Of a DNA stretch of 64,000 nucleotides, positions 47,231 through 57,262 are shown in pieces. The DNA lies in NCBI GenBank assembly GCA_049512075.1, contig JBEKXL010000004.1:94166-158165 (forward strand). Direction: 5' to 3'. The DNA comes from Candidatus Bathyarchaeia archaeon (GTDB lineage Archaea > Thermoproteota > Bathyarchaeia > Bathyarchaeales > Bathycorpusculaceae). Every line of letters starts with the position of its first letter. The stretch's first letter is position 1. Under the pieces are notes generated by a model that saw nothing but the letters and a program-made list of their open reading frames with translations, was not told where the DNA came from and did not search any database. A program made the position numbers and the translations under genes.

Positions 47231-47529
47231 CCCTTTTTCGATTGCTTTGCAACAGCCTTCCCCTTGACTCTTCGAATCTCGAAAATAACGGGGTTTTCCC
47301 CATCCGGACAGGCATTGAGGATTATGTCTTTGTCTTGAGCCCACGGAAAACTCGCATCGTACCTCATCGCAAAAACCTTGGGAAGCAAGACTGTTAAAGC
47401 ACTGTAACAAATGTCGCCTTTGACTGATCTTCCGTCGAACACAATTTTGTCACCTACCTTGTGCCCGAAAACGCATTTTCCCTTTTGACTTATTACTGCA
47501 ACTTCAACTATAGACATGCGAATCCTCAA
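47224..47529 (-). CDS. TIGR04076-like protein
   Basis: GKC..GHKVGD, IC..A, CPD..NPVIFEI. Confidence 0.75.
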   Translation of the reverse strand: MRIRMSIVEVAVISQKGKCVFGHKVGDKIVFDGRSVKGDICYSALTVLLPKVFAMRYDASFPWAQDKDIILNACPDGENPVIFEIRRVKGKAVAKQSKKGH

Positions 47530-47533
47530 CTCA

Positions 47534-47821
47534 TCATCTGTTGTTCAAGTATTTTTCTCTTATTCTTTCGTCAGCTATCTTTGCTATCATCGCGTTTGAT
47601 ATGAGCACGCATTTCACTCCGACCAATTCAGCTAGTTCTGCCGGTTTCTGATCTTGGGTTACCAGTAGCACATTGTGAGTCCTGGCGTATTCAACGATGT
47701 CCCTATCACTTGCTCCTCTCAAGCCAGCGTCTTGAGCTGTCTGCACTTCCCACCCCAAGGTCTCAAAGTATTCCTTCAGGCCAGCATACATCTCATCAAG
47801 CAGAAGCTTCATCGCAGTCAC
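47534..47821 (-). CDS. DUF5615/Mut7-C PIN-like protein
   Basis: KLLLDEM, D..I...A, LVTQD. Confidence 0.8.
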   Translation of the reverse strand: MTAMKLLLDEMYAGLKEYFETLGWEVQTAQDAGLRGASDRDIVEYARTHNVLLVTQDQKPAELAELVGVKCVLISNAMIAKIADERIREKYLNNR

Positions 47822-48147
47822 CCTGACCTATTCTAGGTTGGGTTCCCCTGCTATTTAGGTGCTCCCTTGGAGTGCGCGCTCTCTTCTCTGTACAAAGATA
47901 ATATTCAGGCTTTGCAGCTGGCATTTTTTGGGAGACTAATTATAGCGTGACGCGCCAAAGGTCTCAAAGAAATTAGCGCGCGTGCTAAGATTGACGCGTG
48001 CCGGACACGAGTACCACGGTTCCATTTGTTTCGCTAACAAAACGAGTTGACTAAGTGCAAGTACCTCCTTAGGCTGTTTAATACATGTGACCCGTCAGCG
48101 CGCGCCGTCTTTCTCTCAGGCATGCAAACTCGCTTGAGCGTGAGCAC

Positions 48148-48354
48148 TTATGAAGCGAGGGCAAAGGCCACCAAGACAACCCCACAAAGGACAACAAACG
48201 CTATCGCTGGTTTAGTGTATCTTCCTAGCGCATTAACTTTGTCATGGACGCTTGCATAATAGGCAAAGAACCCTATTGCAATGCCAAGGATTCCTATCAG
48301 AAGATAGAGGCTGTTCATGTCAAGTCTGAGAAGTGGATTTATCGCGTGGTTCAT
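48148..48354 (-). CDS. Small two-TM protein
   Basis: Two hydrophobic segments; downstream of tRNA-Arg. Confidence 0.45.
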   Translation of the reverse strand: MNHAINPLLRLDMNSLYLLIGILGIAIGFFAYYASVHDKVNALGRYTKPAIAFVVLCGVVLVAFALAS

Positions 48355-48422
48355 TTAAACTTTCTGTGCCCTTCCCTATCTGGTCGCAAAAAACCCTATG
48401 TTCTGGCATGGTCGTGACTGGA

Positions 48423-48518
48423 TGGCGGGCCCGCAGGGATTCGAACCCCGGGTGTCCGGTCTTTTCAGATCTCCGGCTCCGAAGGCCGGTGCCTTAATCC
48501 AGACTGGGCTACGGGCCC
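48423..48518 (-). tRNA. tRNA-Arg(TCG) with 17-nt non-canonical intron (48454-48470), CCA encoded
   Basis: Anticodon arm CCGGC-CTTCGGA-GCCGG; BHB motif CCGG-AGA-TCT(GAAA)AGA-CCGG-ACA. Confidence 0.9.
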
Positions 48519-48847
48519 ATTCAAGAATAGTTACGAACCAATTAAAAGAGTTCCGAAAGTCCTTTAACGATTTTCGGCAATCCTTTAATTATTTGCGCTT
48601 TCTGAAGTATGCCAAGTTGTCTTTCTGCATGGCGTACTCGAATCCGCGCGCGCGAAATTCGTTCAGTACAGCATCCCCCGAATTTTGAACCGTGTCTGCA
48701 GAAAAAAGTAATACGTGGTTCAAGAGTTGGCGCGCGCGACTCTGCAAAAAAGCAACTCATGGTGGATGCGAAAAAAAGTGCTGCAACCTTGTGTTTAGTG
48801 TTGTTTTGGTTCTTAGATTCGGTTAAGAGGCCGGTCGTTGTCAAACC

Positions 48848-49243
48848 CTAACTCGCGCACGCTGGGTCGCCTATACCATCATAGAAAACGGGGAATAAGC
48901 CTGGCCGGCGAATGCGCCCTGGAGGTACGTCATTAGGTTGATCGGGTTTGGTAGTGAACGGGATTGGTGTGATTAGGGGTTTGTTCCGTTGAAGTTGGGT
49001 TTTGATTTCCCAGCTACTTGCGGGAATATTCGCCTCCGTGACATTGTGAGGCCTTGCTAGTGTTGCGGAGTTTTGGCCAACTACTGCTTGGGGTTCCACG
49101 TTGGCGTTTTGAGGCTTAACGTTGCGGTATGGGACACGATTGGATGCGTCATTTTCGATGTTCATCCTTGTTCCAACTGTGGCATAGAGCAGGCTCATCA
49201 ACAACGGTGCAAGGGCCAAGACAAGCATGATTCGTTCCTTCAT
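48848..49243 (-). CDS. Secreted Pro/Asn-rich hypothetical protein
   Basis: N-terminal signal-like helix. Confidence 0.45.
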   Translation of the reverse strand: MKERIMLVLALAPLLMSLLYATVGTRMNIENDASNRVPYRNVKPQNANVEPQAVVGQNSATLARPHNVTEANIPASSWEIKTQLQRNKPLITPIPFTTKPDQPNDVPPGRIRRPGLFPVFYDGIGDPACAS

Positions 49244-49424
49244 TGTCCGCGTCTCTATTAGCTGTTCTAAGTCTTGTCTATCTGAAGGTCGTATTTCAGG
49301 CTTTCGCGGGCGCCATCACAACGCGCGCTTGGATTACAACGTAGATGTCTTGTGCGAAGTTCACACTTTGCTTGAAGCTGAATACAAAAAAGGGGGAGTA
49401 TGGTTGTTGTCTTGCTGCTTCGTA

Positions 49425-52400
49425 CTAGTGCGTGATGAGCAGAAGTGTTCTTGCGTATGTGCTTCCGCTGGTCATGTCGTAGTAGACTATGACGCCCAGT
49501 CCGCTGGGTGTTGAAGGCGAGTCAGTCACGGTCACTGTTTGTGTTCCCATCGCTGACAGTGTGAAGCTGGACGGCGTTATGGTGACTCCACTTAATGCTT
49601 TGAAGTGCTGTACGCTAAGGGTCAGAGTGAAAGTTTGGCTTCCGACGTCATTGATGGTTACTATGGGTGACCAAACGCCGATGGCTGGGTTGTTGACGGT
49701 TATTGATCCTCCGTTTGTGTTTATCGTTCCGGCGTTGTGGCCGAATGGATCCCAAAGCATCAGGCTCAGCGAGTGGGTTCCGACCCAGCTTAGGGTCACT
49801 TTCATTGTTATCATGTCGGGATATACTGCGATGCCATAGACGTTATAGCCAGTGTATCCACCGACGTTGGAGCTTACCGTGTCGGTTATGGATTGTGAAT
49901 ATGCTTCAGTTGCTAGTGACAAAGCCATGGTTTGGACGTTTACGCCTCCATGTATGTCGTTTGAAACCGTGAACGTCTTGCTTGTTTGCTTTTTCGTGAG
50001 GCTGAGCAGCAACGGCGTGTCTATCGGCGTGCCTTGGCTCAGCTTCAATGTGACTGTCTGGCCGAATGTGTTTCCGAAGTATGTGGCGTGGATTCCAACG
50101 TACCAGTAGCCTGGGAACAGGCTGAATGTTGACAGCATCTCCATCGTCGTGCCCGTTGTAGTGTACCACTTGTATCCTAGTGAGGCAGGTGGTGCCTCAG
50201 ATGCGGCTACAACGTGGCCTGCTGGGTTGATAAGGAAGGCATCAAAGTCCGCGTCTGGGGTGGTCCAGCTGACTGTAAGCATTAGGTTTCCAAAGGTGTA
50301 GGCTTGTACGGGTATGTAGTACCAGTCTCCTGAATCGCCCGTTCTGGGCTCGTTCATAACGTTTGCCTGCAGCGTGAATGCCTGTCCGAGCGTGGCTGGC
50401 ACTGTGATGACGATTGGTATGTCGATTGACGATCCACTGACCGTTGTCTTGACGAAGCCGCTGTAGATACCAGGCGCCGTGCCTCTTGGAACTGCCACCG
50501 TGGTTTTCAGTTTAGTGCTGGATATTGATGTTGACACCCAATTCCAAGCTGCGAACTTGTAGAAGGTAACTTGGGCGTCTACAGTGCTTATAGTTGGGTA
50601 GGCGTTCCAGAATCTGAGGACGTATGTTCCAGGGCCGAAGTCAATTCTTGCGTCGAACCATTGAACGTTAGTGTGGGCGTACGCGTAGTTTATCATTATT
50701 AGATCGGTTGGATCTCCTTCCGTCCTTTCCTTGTAGAGCGCCGTGTTGATGTGAATGTCTGTCCATGTGGCTCCGGTGTACGAGGGGATTGGCGTTCCAT
50801 ACGCAATTACCGGGTCAAACTTTACGCGGACATCCGCATAGTCGACACCTGCTGGAATTGTGAAGGGTATCCATGTGCTGCCGCCATTTGTGTTGCCGCT
50901 TCCCGGTCCTGACACTGATGTAGTGAAACTGGTGGTGCTAACGTATTGGAGCCAGACAGCTTGAGCATTGCTTATGGCACTTGTGAACGTAGACGATGTA
51001 GTGAAGCTCGATCCCGCTGGAAGCAGTTTGCTTATGTAGTCTGTGTTCGAGTATGAAGCACTGTTCAATGCAGCTTCGACGGCTTTGTAGGCGTCGACAC
51101 GGCCAGCTCCTTGGCGATTCGCGGGTAGACCAAGGTCTTTTGCAGTGTTCATAAGGATGTCTTTCACGACTGCTGGTGATGGAAAGACGCCGTGAGCCTG
51201 CTTGTATGCTTGGCAGACCAAGGCGCCTGCTCCTGCTGCGACTGGCGTAGCCATGCTCGTGCCACCGAACTGCAGAGAAGCGCTTGTTGAGCTCCGCGCT
51301 AGGGTCTCGCCCCAAGCGCCCGGTGCGCATACGTCCGGGTCTAGTCTGCCGTCTGCAGTTGCACCACCGCTACTCCAGAAGATCACTTGGTCGTTTTCGT
51401 AGCCAGTGACAGGGCCCCCATACCAATAGGGGCTCGGATTGATTGGCCAGTAGCCGTAGAGGTTCCATTCGCCCGAGTTATCTGTTGAGGCGCCTACTGT
51501 GATGATGTCCTTGGCGTCGCCAGCTGATGAAACGGTTCCTGCGCCTTGAGCATTGCCTGCAGCGACGAAGCATGTGACACCTTGGTGTGTGGCAGCTTCT
51601 AGTGCTAGGCATGTGGGGTCGTATCCGTTGTTCGGAATCTCCAAACCTCCGAGGCTCATGGTGATTATGTTTGCTCCGTCAGCAATGGCCCAGTCGATTC
51701 CGTTGATTATCCATGAGTCCCATCCCCAACCTCCGTTTGTGAGCACTTTGCCTCCGATGACTTTGGCGCCAGGTGCGACTCCCATGACTTTGAGGAAACC
51801 GTAGTAGGTGAGAATGCCTTGGGCCGCGACTAAACCTGTTGTAGCTGTCCCGTGACCATTACCATCATGTATAGCCGTGTCCACTTCGCCTGTAAATATC
51901 TTGTAGTCGGTAACGACGCCTGCCAAATCTTGATGTTGATAATAGATTCCTGTGTCTAGGTCAGCAACCACTACGCCTGTTCCGTTGATTCCGCTGCTCC
52001 ATGCTTGGTCCGCGCCTATCACGAATGGAAACTGTGCATAATAGCAGCTTGCATTCGGTCCGGCAACAGGTTGATTGCCGCTGTCGTCTCCCGACACGTC
52101 TGGTGGAAGATACTTCTTTCCGTCTACGAGTATCTGGTCCACGCTCACCAGTGACGATAGGGCGAGGATCTTGTCTGCTGATAGTGTGGTTGCGATGGCG
52201 TTTATGACGTGGAATTGTGCGGTGACGGTTCCTCCTAAGCTCGTGATTGCATTCACCGCTGCGGATTGGGCGACTCCTGGTTGCAGCACGACTATGATGC
52301 GGTTGCCGCTGGCGGGATCTGCATCCATCTGGGCCTTGAGGTTAGGCGCTATCTTGGCAACATTTGGCTGTGCAGCTGCGTTTGAGGTTACAGCGCTTGA

Positions 52401-52481
52401 CATTGGCAAGAACGCGACTAAGCTTAGTAGCATCGTTGCAATAGCTATTATTGACACTATTTTTCTGTTCAAATATAACAC
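49425..52481 (-). CDS. Secreted S8 subtilisin-like protease with propeptide and C-terminal beta-sandwich (PPC-like) domains
   Basis: Signal peptide; DLDTG, HGTAT, AAGN, GTSMATP. Confidence 0.93.
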   Translation of the reverse strand: MLYLNRKIVSIIAIATMLLSLVAFLPMSSAVTSNAAAQPNVAKIAPNLKAQMDADPASGNRIIVVLQPGVAQSAAVNAITSLGGTVTAQFHVINAIATTLSADKILALSSLVSVDQILVDGKKYLPPDVSGDDSGNQPVAGPNASCYYAQFPFVIGADQAWSSGINGTGVVVADLDTGIYYQHQDLAGVVTDYKIFTGEVDTAIHDGNGHGTATTGLVAAQGILTYYGFLKVMGVAPGAKVIGGKVLTNGGWGWDSWIINGIDWAIADGANIITMSLGGLEIPNNGYDPTCLALEAATHQGVTCFVAAGNAQGAGTVSSAGDAKDIITVGASTDNSGEWNLYGYWPINPSPYWYGGPVTGYENDQVIFWSSGGATADGRLDPDVCAPGAWGETLARSSTSASLQFGGTSMATPVAAGAGALVCQAYKQAHGVFPSPAVVKDILMNTAKDLGLPANRQGAGRVDAYKAVEAALNSASYSNTDYISKLLPAGSSFTTSSTFTSAISNAQAVWLQYVSTTSFTTSVSGPGSGNTNGGSTWIPFTIPAGVDYADVRVKFDPVIAYGTPIPSYTGATWTDIHINTALYKERTEGDPTDLIMINYAYAHTNVQWFDARIDFGPGTYVLRFWNAYPTISTVDAQVTFYKFAAWNWVSTSISSTKLKTTVAVPRGTAPGIYSGFVKTTVSGSSIDIPIVITVPATLGQAFTLQANVMNEPRTGDSGDWYYIPVQAYTFGNLMLTVSWTTPDADFDAFLINPAGHVVAASEAPPASLGYKWYTTTGTTMEMLSTFSLFPGYWYVGIHATYFGNTFGQTVTLKLSQGTPIDTPLLLSLTKKQTSKTFTVSNDIHGGVNVQTMALSLATEAYSQSITDTVSSNVGGYTGYNVYGIAVYPDMITMKVTLSWVGTHSLSLMLWDPFGHNAGTINTNGGSITVNNPAIGVWSPIVTINDVGSQTFTLTLSVQHFKALSGVTITPSSFTLSAMGTQTVTVTDSPSTPSGLGVIVYYDMTSGSTYARTLLLITH

Positions 52482-52634
52482 CTTAGAATTCTTCTTTTTA
52501 CTCCTTTCTCGGCACTAAACCTAGCTCTGTCATTAGTTATAAGTTTTGTGAAACTCTCTTCTATCCCGAACGTAATAGAACTTGTTTCCACAAACAATAT
52601 CTATCGGTTAAGTTCATTTTGGATTAGACCGCAA

Positions 52635-53933
52635 ATGCGAACGAAGATCGCGAGCGGAATTCTCATGGCCTTGCTACTCGCCAGTGTGCAATCACTGGTG
52701 CTTAATGCCCCCAGGGTTAAAGCTTGGAACGGGTCCACGGTTTACATTCAGGCTGACGGAAGCGTCGCTCCAACAGGCGCGCCAATTCAACAGACGGGAA
52801 ATGTCTACACCTTAACGGACGACATCATCAGCGACAGCGACGGAATCGTCGTTCAAATAAACGCTATAACGATTGACGGAAACGGCCACACGGTTCAGGG
52901 AAGTTCCAGCGGAAACGGCGTCGATTTGACAAGCACAAGCGACGTCACGGTCGAAAACTTGACTGTAAGCGGGTTTTCTATAGGTATCTTCGCACCTTCA
53001 GTGAACTTCGACACCATAACAGGTAACAACCTTGAACAGAACAGCTTCGGCATCTGGCTCGACAGCTCTTCAAACAGCAACGTGTACTTCAATAACATAC
53101 GGCAGAACGGCAACTTCGGCATCTGGCTCAGCAGCTCCCACGACAACAACGTTTACCACAACAACTTCGTCAACAACGCACAGCATGTTTACACGACTTA
53201 CGACTCGTTCAACGATACTTGGGATGACGGTTACCCGGCCGCAGGAAACTATTGGAGCGACTACACTGGACAAGATTTGTACCGAGGCCCTTCCCAGAAT
53301 GTGACCGGTAGCGACGGCATAGGCGATACGCCTTACGTATTGGACCAGAACAACCTCGACAATTACCCGCTTATGAAACCTTACCCCTGGAACTCCCATG
53401 ACATAGGAGTAACCTACGTTGGCAAAGTGTGGTATGTATACTTCCGATCGGTGTTCCCCCTGAAAACGGTCATAGGCCTGGGTCTCGCGTTGTCTATTAA
53501 TGTTTTTGTTATGAACTACGGCAGTTACGCTGAGGTGTTTAACGTGACAATCTACGCAAACAGCACGACCATCGATAAGGCTTCAGGCGTCACTCTTGCA
53601 GCCAGAACGTCCATCGTTCTAAACTTCACTTGGCATACCACCGGCTTTGCAGAGAGTAACTACACAATGAGTGTTTATGCGACGCCAGTCCCTGGTGAAA
53701 CAGATACGACCGACAACAATTTCATTGATGGCCAAGCTCTAGTAACGATTCCAGGCGACATCAACGGCGACTTCAAGGTCAGCCTTGCAGATCTGTCCAT
53801 CCTCGCAAAGGCTTACGGCTCTAGACCAGGCGACGCAAAGTGGAACCCCAACGCAGACATAGATGGCAACGGCGTAGTCGGCCTCCCCGACCTCACCGCA
53901 CTAGCAAAACACTACGGACAACACTACCCATAA
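52635..53933 (+). CDS. Surface protein with NosD/CASH beta-helix, CARDB and dockerin-like domains
   Basis: GIWL..S.N repeats, GNYWSDY...DGIGDTPY, GDINGD / NADIDGNG; start trimmed to 52635. Confidence 0.88.
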   Translation: MRTKIASGILMALLLASVQSLVLNAPRVKAWNGSTVYIQADGSVAPTGAPIQQTGNVYTLTDDIISDSDGIVVQINAITIDGNGHTVQGSSSGNGVDLTSTSDVTVENLTVSGFSIGIFAPSVNFDTITGNNLEQNSFGIWLDSSSNSNVYFNNIRQNGNFGIWLSSSHDNNVYHNNFVNNAQHVYTTYDSFNDTWDDGYPAAGNYWSDYTGQDLYRGPSQNVTGSDGIGDTPYVLDQNNLDNYPLMKPYPWNSHDIGVTYVGKVWYVYFRSVFPLKTVIGLGLALSINVFVMNYGSYAEVFNVTIYANSTTIDKASGVTLAARTSIVLNFTWHTTGFAESNYTMSVYATPVPGETDTTDNNFIDGQALVTIPGDINGDFKVSLADLSILAKAYGSRPGDAKWNPNADIDGNGVVGLPDLTALAKHYGQHYP

Positions 53934-54312
53934 CATGTGCTGGACTTATCTGAACGATTTAGTCCAGTTTCACCGTATGCTTTCCAGCGCGCGCTGAGCT
54001 GCGTTGCTGATTAGACACTATTTCTTGAACTGCTCAATTTCCTCTTGTATCGCTTTCTCAACATCACTTTCGACGGCTGGTCCAAATGTCTTGATTTTGC
54101 CGTTAATTAACGGCGCCGTGGTCCGCGCGCTTACTATCATTAGAGGTAGACGTCCCTCCTGCCAAGGCGTAGACGGGAACAATCCGTATTCTTGCTGACG
54201 GAAGCGTTGACCCGCCTTCGGGACCTATAACACAGAACGGCATCTTCACGTCTCAAGGGTTTCCGAAAACACTTAAAAACGGTCAACGATTTATAATAGT
54301 TGACATTATCTG

Positions 54313-54387
54313 GGGCCGGTAGCTCAGCTTGGCTGGAGCGTTCGGCTGATAACCGAAAGGTCGAGAGTTCAAATCTCTCCCGGCCCA
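54313..54387 (+). tRNA. tRNA-Ile(GAT)
   Basis: Acceptor GGGCCGG/CCGGCCC; anticodon arm TTCGG-CTGATAA-CCGAA; upstream TTTATAA box. Confidence 0.95.
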
Positions 54388-54676
54388 CTTTGACTGCCTT
54401 GAAGCTCCTTTCGCTCATTCCTTAGACCGTATGGTCAGCGTGGGGAAACGCTGTTGTCCTAGCGCCTGCGCCAATCATCTCCTTCAAAGAAGGTGGAATG
54501 ACCTTATTCATGTAGTCTCTGCGGGTCGAGTTGATTTCTCTTGACCCACTCGACCCGGTGCTGATTCGGATTCGGGAGTTTCAGCAAACTGATTCATTCG
54601 GGAGCTAAACGAGGTGCTGTTAAGTTACCTAATTGCTTTTTCAAGTTTTCCAAAATTGTTGAAAGCAAAACAATGA

Positions 54677-55465
54677 ATGTATCTGATGTATATGAAAAAT
54701 GGAGTAAATGATAAATACGCACCGTCTGGCATAGGAATAGTGATATTGTTCATGGCGGTAGTTATTGCATTGGTGGGTTTCTCTGAAATTAACTTAGTAA
54801 TTTTGGCGGGTGATATTGCATTGGTTATTGCAGTTTTGCCACTTGAACAGAGAATCCGTACACTTATGAGGAGAAAAGACAGTAAAATACTACTTCAATT
54901 TGAGTCCCCTCTCCAGTGGTTAAAAATCTGTACACGTTTTTCTTTTGTTTCGTTACTTTCAAGCTTAGCGTATGGGATATTTGCGAGCGGTTTAAACATT
55001 GGAGTTAACTATCCACCGATTGAGAGTAGTATGTTAGTTTATGCCATAGCTTTCTTCCTTTTTGGGTTTCTTTACATAATCAGAATTGCTGAATTTTTAA
55101 TTGATCCCTCCTCTAGAACGAACATATTCGCTGGAAAAGCCATTAAGATCATACTGAATGTCGGAATTAGACTTGCTTTGTTGGCTTCTATAGCATGGTT
55201 TCAAATCATTAATGGAATAATCTTATATTATATCATTCACGCAGTGTTTGTACAAAACATAATACTGCAACCAATTACGATTCTGTATGCGTTCATGCTC
55301 ATCTTGAGTTTTGTTGGAATGGTTCCTGTAGCATGGTCTGTTGTGGTTCACCTTAATGAGCCAGTCCGACGGCGGTATTGGGTTGCTCTTGCTAGTTTCG
55401 CATCCCCTTGGGTATTGCAAATAGTTGCTACAATATTAATTAGCGTTGGAATAAAGTTGATTTGA
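54677..55465 (+). CDS. Multi-pass membrane protein (transposon cargo)
   Basis: About 7 hydrophobic segments; AT-rich DNA. Confidence 0.7.
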   Translation: MYLMYMKNGVNDKYAPSGIGIVILFMAVVIALVGFSEINLVILAGDIALVIAVLPLEQRIRTLMRRKDSKILLQFESPLQWLKICTRFSFVSLLSSLAYGIFASGLNIGVNYPPIESSMLVYAIAFFLFGFLYIIRIAEFLIDPSSRTNIFAGKAIKIILNVGIRLALLASIAWFQIINGIILYYIIHAVFVQNIILQPITILYAFMLILSFVGMVPVAWSVVVHLNEPVRRRYWVALASFASPWVLQIVATILISVGIKLI

Positions 55466-55564
55466 AGTGTTCCGAATATGCGGTATCCTTGTTTCTCGTT
55501 CTGCAAGTAATCTCAAGAGAAAAATGGTGATTTTCAGCCTTGTTTCTTGTCAAGCAGGTCGTTT

Positions 55565-55726
55565 ATGATGTCATCGAAGGTTAGCGGTTTCCGCAACTAT
55601 TACAACCTACTGAGATCGCACAGCGCCCTTAGCGGAAAGACCCCCGCGCAACAAGCTAACATAAACCTTAAACTGGGGAAAAACAAGTGGCTCACATTAA
55701 TTCAAAATGCAGGTAGGAAAAGCTAG
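55565..55726 (+). pseudogene. C-terminal remnant of a DDE (IS6-like) transposase
   Basis: GFRNYYNLLRSHSALSGKTPAQQANI...KWLTLIQNA. Confidence 0.75.
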
Positions 55727-55746
55727 TTACGATTTTTCTCCAGAAA

Positions 55747-56280
55747 TCATAAAAATGGAGGGATTATCCCATATCCGACTAGGATTAAATAGACCCAAGG
55801 TATCCAACTCAAGAGACTAAGAAGAGCCAGCTTATTTTGCGATATTGTTTTCTTGCTTACAAAGATTGGCAGAACACCCAAAACGCCTGTTACAAAGAAT
55901 ATCAACCAAAAAATCTCATGGTTAGGCATAATCAAACCTTGAATCAGCACGAGGAAAAAGACAAATAGGTTCAAGATTCCAAACGCTATGCCAACAACCT
56001 CTGCCCAATCACTTTTCTCGAAGCTAGGGTTATGTTTTTGTGGCTTTGTTTCAGCCTTTCCTTTGTCTCTTTGTTCTATTTGTTCCTTGACTAGGTATGG
56101 TGTCAATTCCTTTAGTCCATCAATTTTGGTTTCAATTCTAGTCAGCTTTTCCGAAAGCCCATTGAAAAACCCGTAGAGTTTCCAGAGCAGAGCAAGAGTG
56201 AAAGCTGATGGAATCAGTGCTCCCAAATTTAGGGCTTTAAGAACTTCAATTAAGGCTGATACTTCTTGGGGTGAGGACAT
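55747..56280 (-). CDS. Membrane protein (transposon cargo)
   Basis: TM, coiled segment, then three TM helices; start trimmed to ATG 56280. Confidence 0.65.
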   Translation of the reverse strand: MSSPQEVSALIEVLKALNLGALIPSAFTLALLWKLYGFFNGLSEKLTRIETKIDGLKELTPYLVKEQIEQRDKGKAETKPQKHNPSFEKSDWAEVVGIAFGILNLFVFFLVLIQGLIMPNHEIFWLIFFVTGVLGVLPIFVSKKTISQNKLALLSLLSWIPWVYLILVGYGIIPPFL

Positions 56281-56336
56281 CTTTGCTCTTATCCACTCAG
56301 TTAATGAGAGTTGCCTTAAAACTCTATTCGTGCTTT

Positions 56337-56546
56337 CTATGAATACCAGCGTTTTCTGTTCCATCCTTCTTTGCGGACGACGAATTTTATGTCCTTTCTG
56401 GGCTCGTAAGCTCGATTCAGGGCTCTTGCTTCTTTCTGGGCTCGTTTCTTCAGGCGAAAATGCATTCCAGCTATGACCTTGACAGGTTTGTTGCCTTGTT
56501 TTCTGACGACAAGCCAAGGCTTAGGGGTTTTTCTATGATTCCCCAT
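56337..56546 (-). CDS. Small basic protein (transposon cargo)
   Basis: 69 aa, K/R-rich. Confidence 0.45.
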   Translation of the reverse strand: MGNHRKTPKPWLVVRKQGNKPVKVIAGMHFRLKKRAQKEARALNRAYEPRKDIKFVVRKEGWNRKRWYS

Positions 56547-56591
56547 TAAGGCTCACAAAAGAAAAAACCTTGAAATACGCGATCCTTTCTA

Positions 56592-57155
56592 ATGAAGACG
56601 GTGAGTTTGATGGACTTCGTGGCACGGGAGGTATTCACTCTCTTTTTCGCAATTTTTTATGGAACTACAGTGGCTCAAACAGGTTGGCTTCATCCATTTT
56701 CAACCCATGAAGCATGGAGTTTTGGGGTTAGGTCGCCAGCTTTCAAAAGACTCATCGTAAGCGTGGTTTTGCTCAATTTTCTGCCACTTGCCTATTTTTC
56801 GTTCTTGTATGTTGAGCTTGGCATGGTTTCAGTCACCACGAATGTAGATTTGGCAAATCTCGCCGAGATTTTCTTAATTGCTTTGCTGTCCTTAGCACCA
56901 TTTGGTTTTTCCAGAATATATGCGGGTGTGGTCGTGTATGGTAACGCATGTTTATATGATCCAAAGGAGTACAGGAGAATTAGAAAAAAGAGAATATACG
57001 ATTTTTGTGAGAAAGAAGTTAAAGGCAAAATCATTATTGATGGAGAGCGCGTACAGCGAACGGTTTTTGATAATTGTTGCAGCCATATTATCTCAGGTCT
57101 TTGCTTTGTTCTTATACCATTACTGCTTTTGGGCTTCTTTTTGTTGTTACAGTGA
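56592..57155 (+). CDS. Membrane protein (transposon cargo)
   Basis: Four hydrophobic segments; ends 10 bp before the right TIR. Confidence 0.7.
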   Translation: MKTVSLMDFVAREVFTLFFAIFYGTTVAQTGWLHPFSTHEAWSFGVRSPAFKRLIVSVVLLNFLPLAYFSFLYVELGMVSVTTNVDLANLAEIFLIALLSLAPFGFSRIYAGVVVYGNACLYDPKEYRRIRKKRIYDFCEKEVKGKIIIDGERVQRTVFDNCCSHIISGLCFVLIPLLLLGFFLLLQ

Positions 57156-57262
57156 CAAAATGGGATTAGCTCCCGAATGAATCAGTTTGCTGAAACTCCC
57201 GAATCCGAATCAGCACCCTCGACCCAAATCCTTATTAGATTAATGAAAAGAGGGACTGCCAG

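Larger units (their letters stand above)
54557..57217. mobile_element. Non-autonomous cargo transposon (2,661 bp)
   Basis: Perfect 52-bp TIRs at 54557-54608 and 57166-57217; 8-bp TSD CTCGACCC at 54549-54556 and 57218-57225. Confidence 0.93.

Noticed and set aside
54313-57217. tRNA-Ile as an integration site for the adjacent island
   Set aside because: No duplicated tRNA 3' end; island boundaries are fully explained by the TIRs and TSD about 170 bp away.
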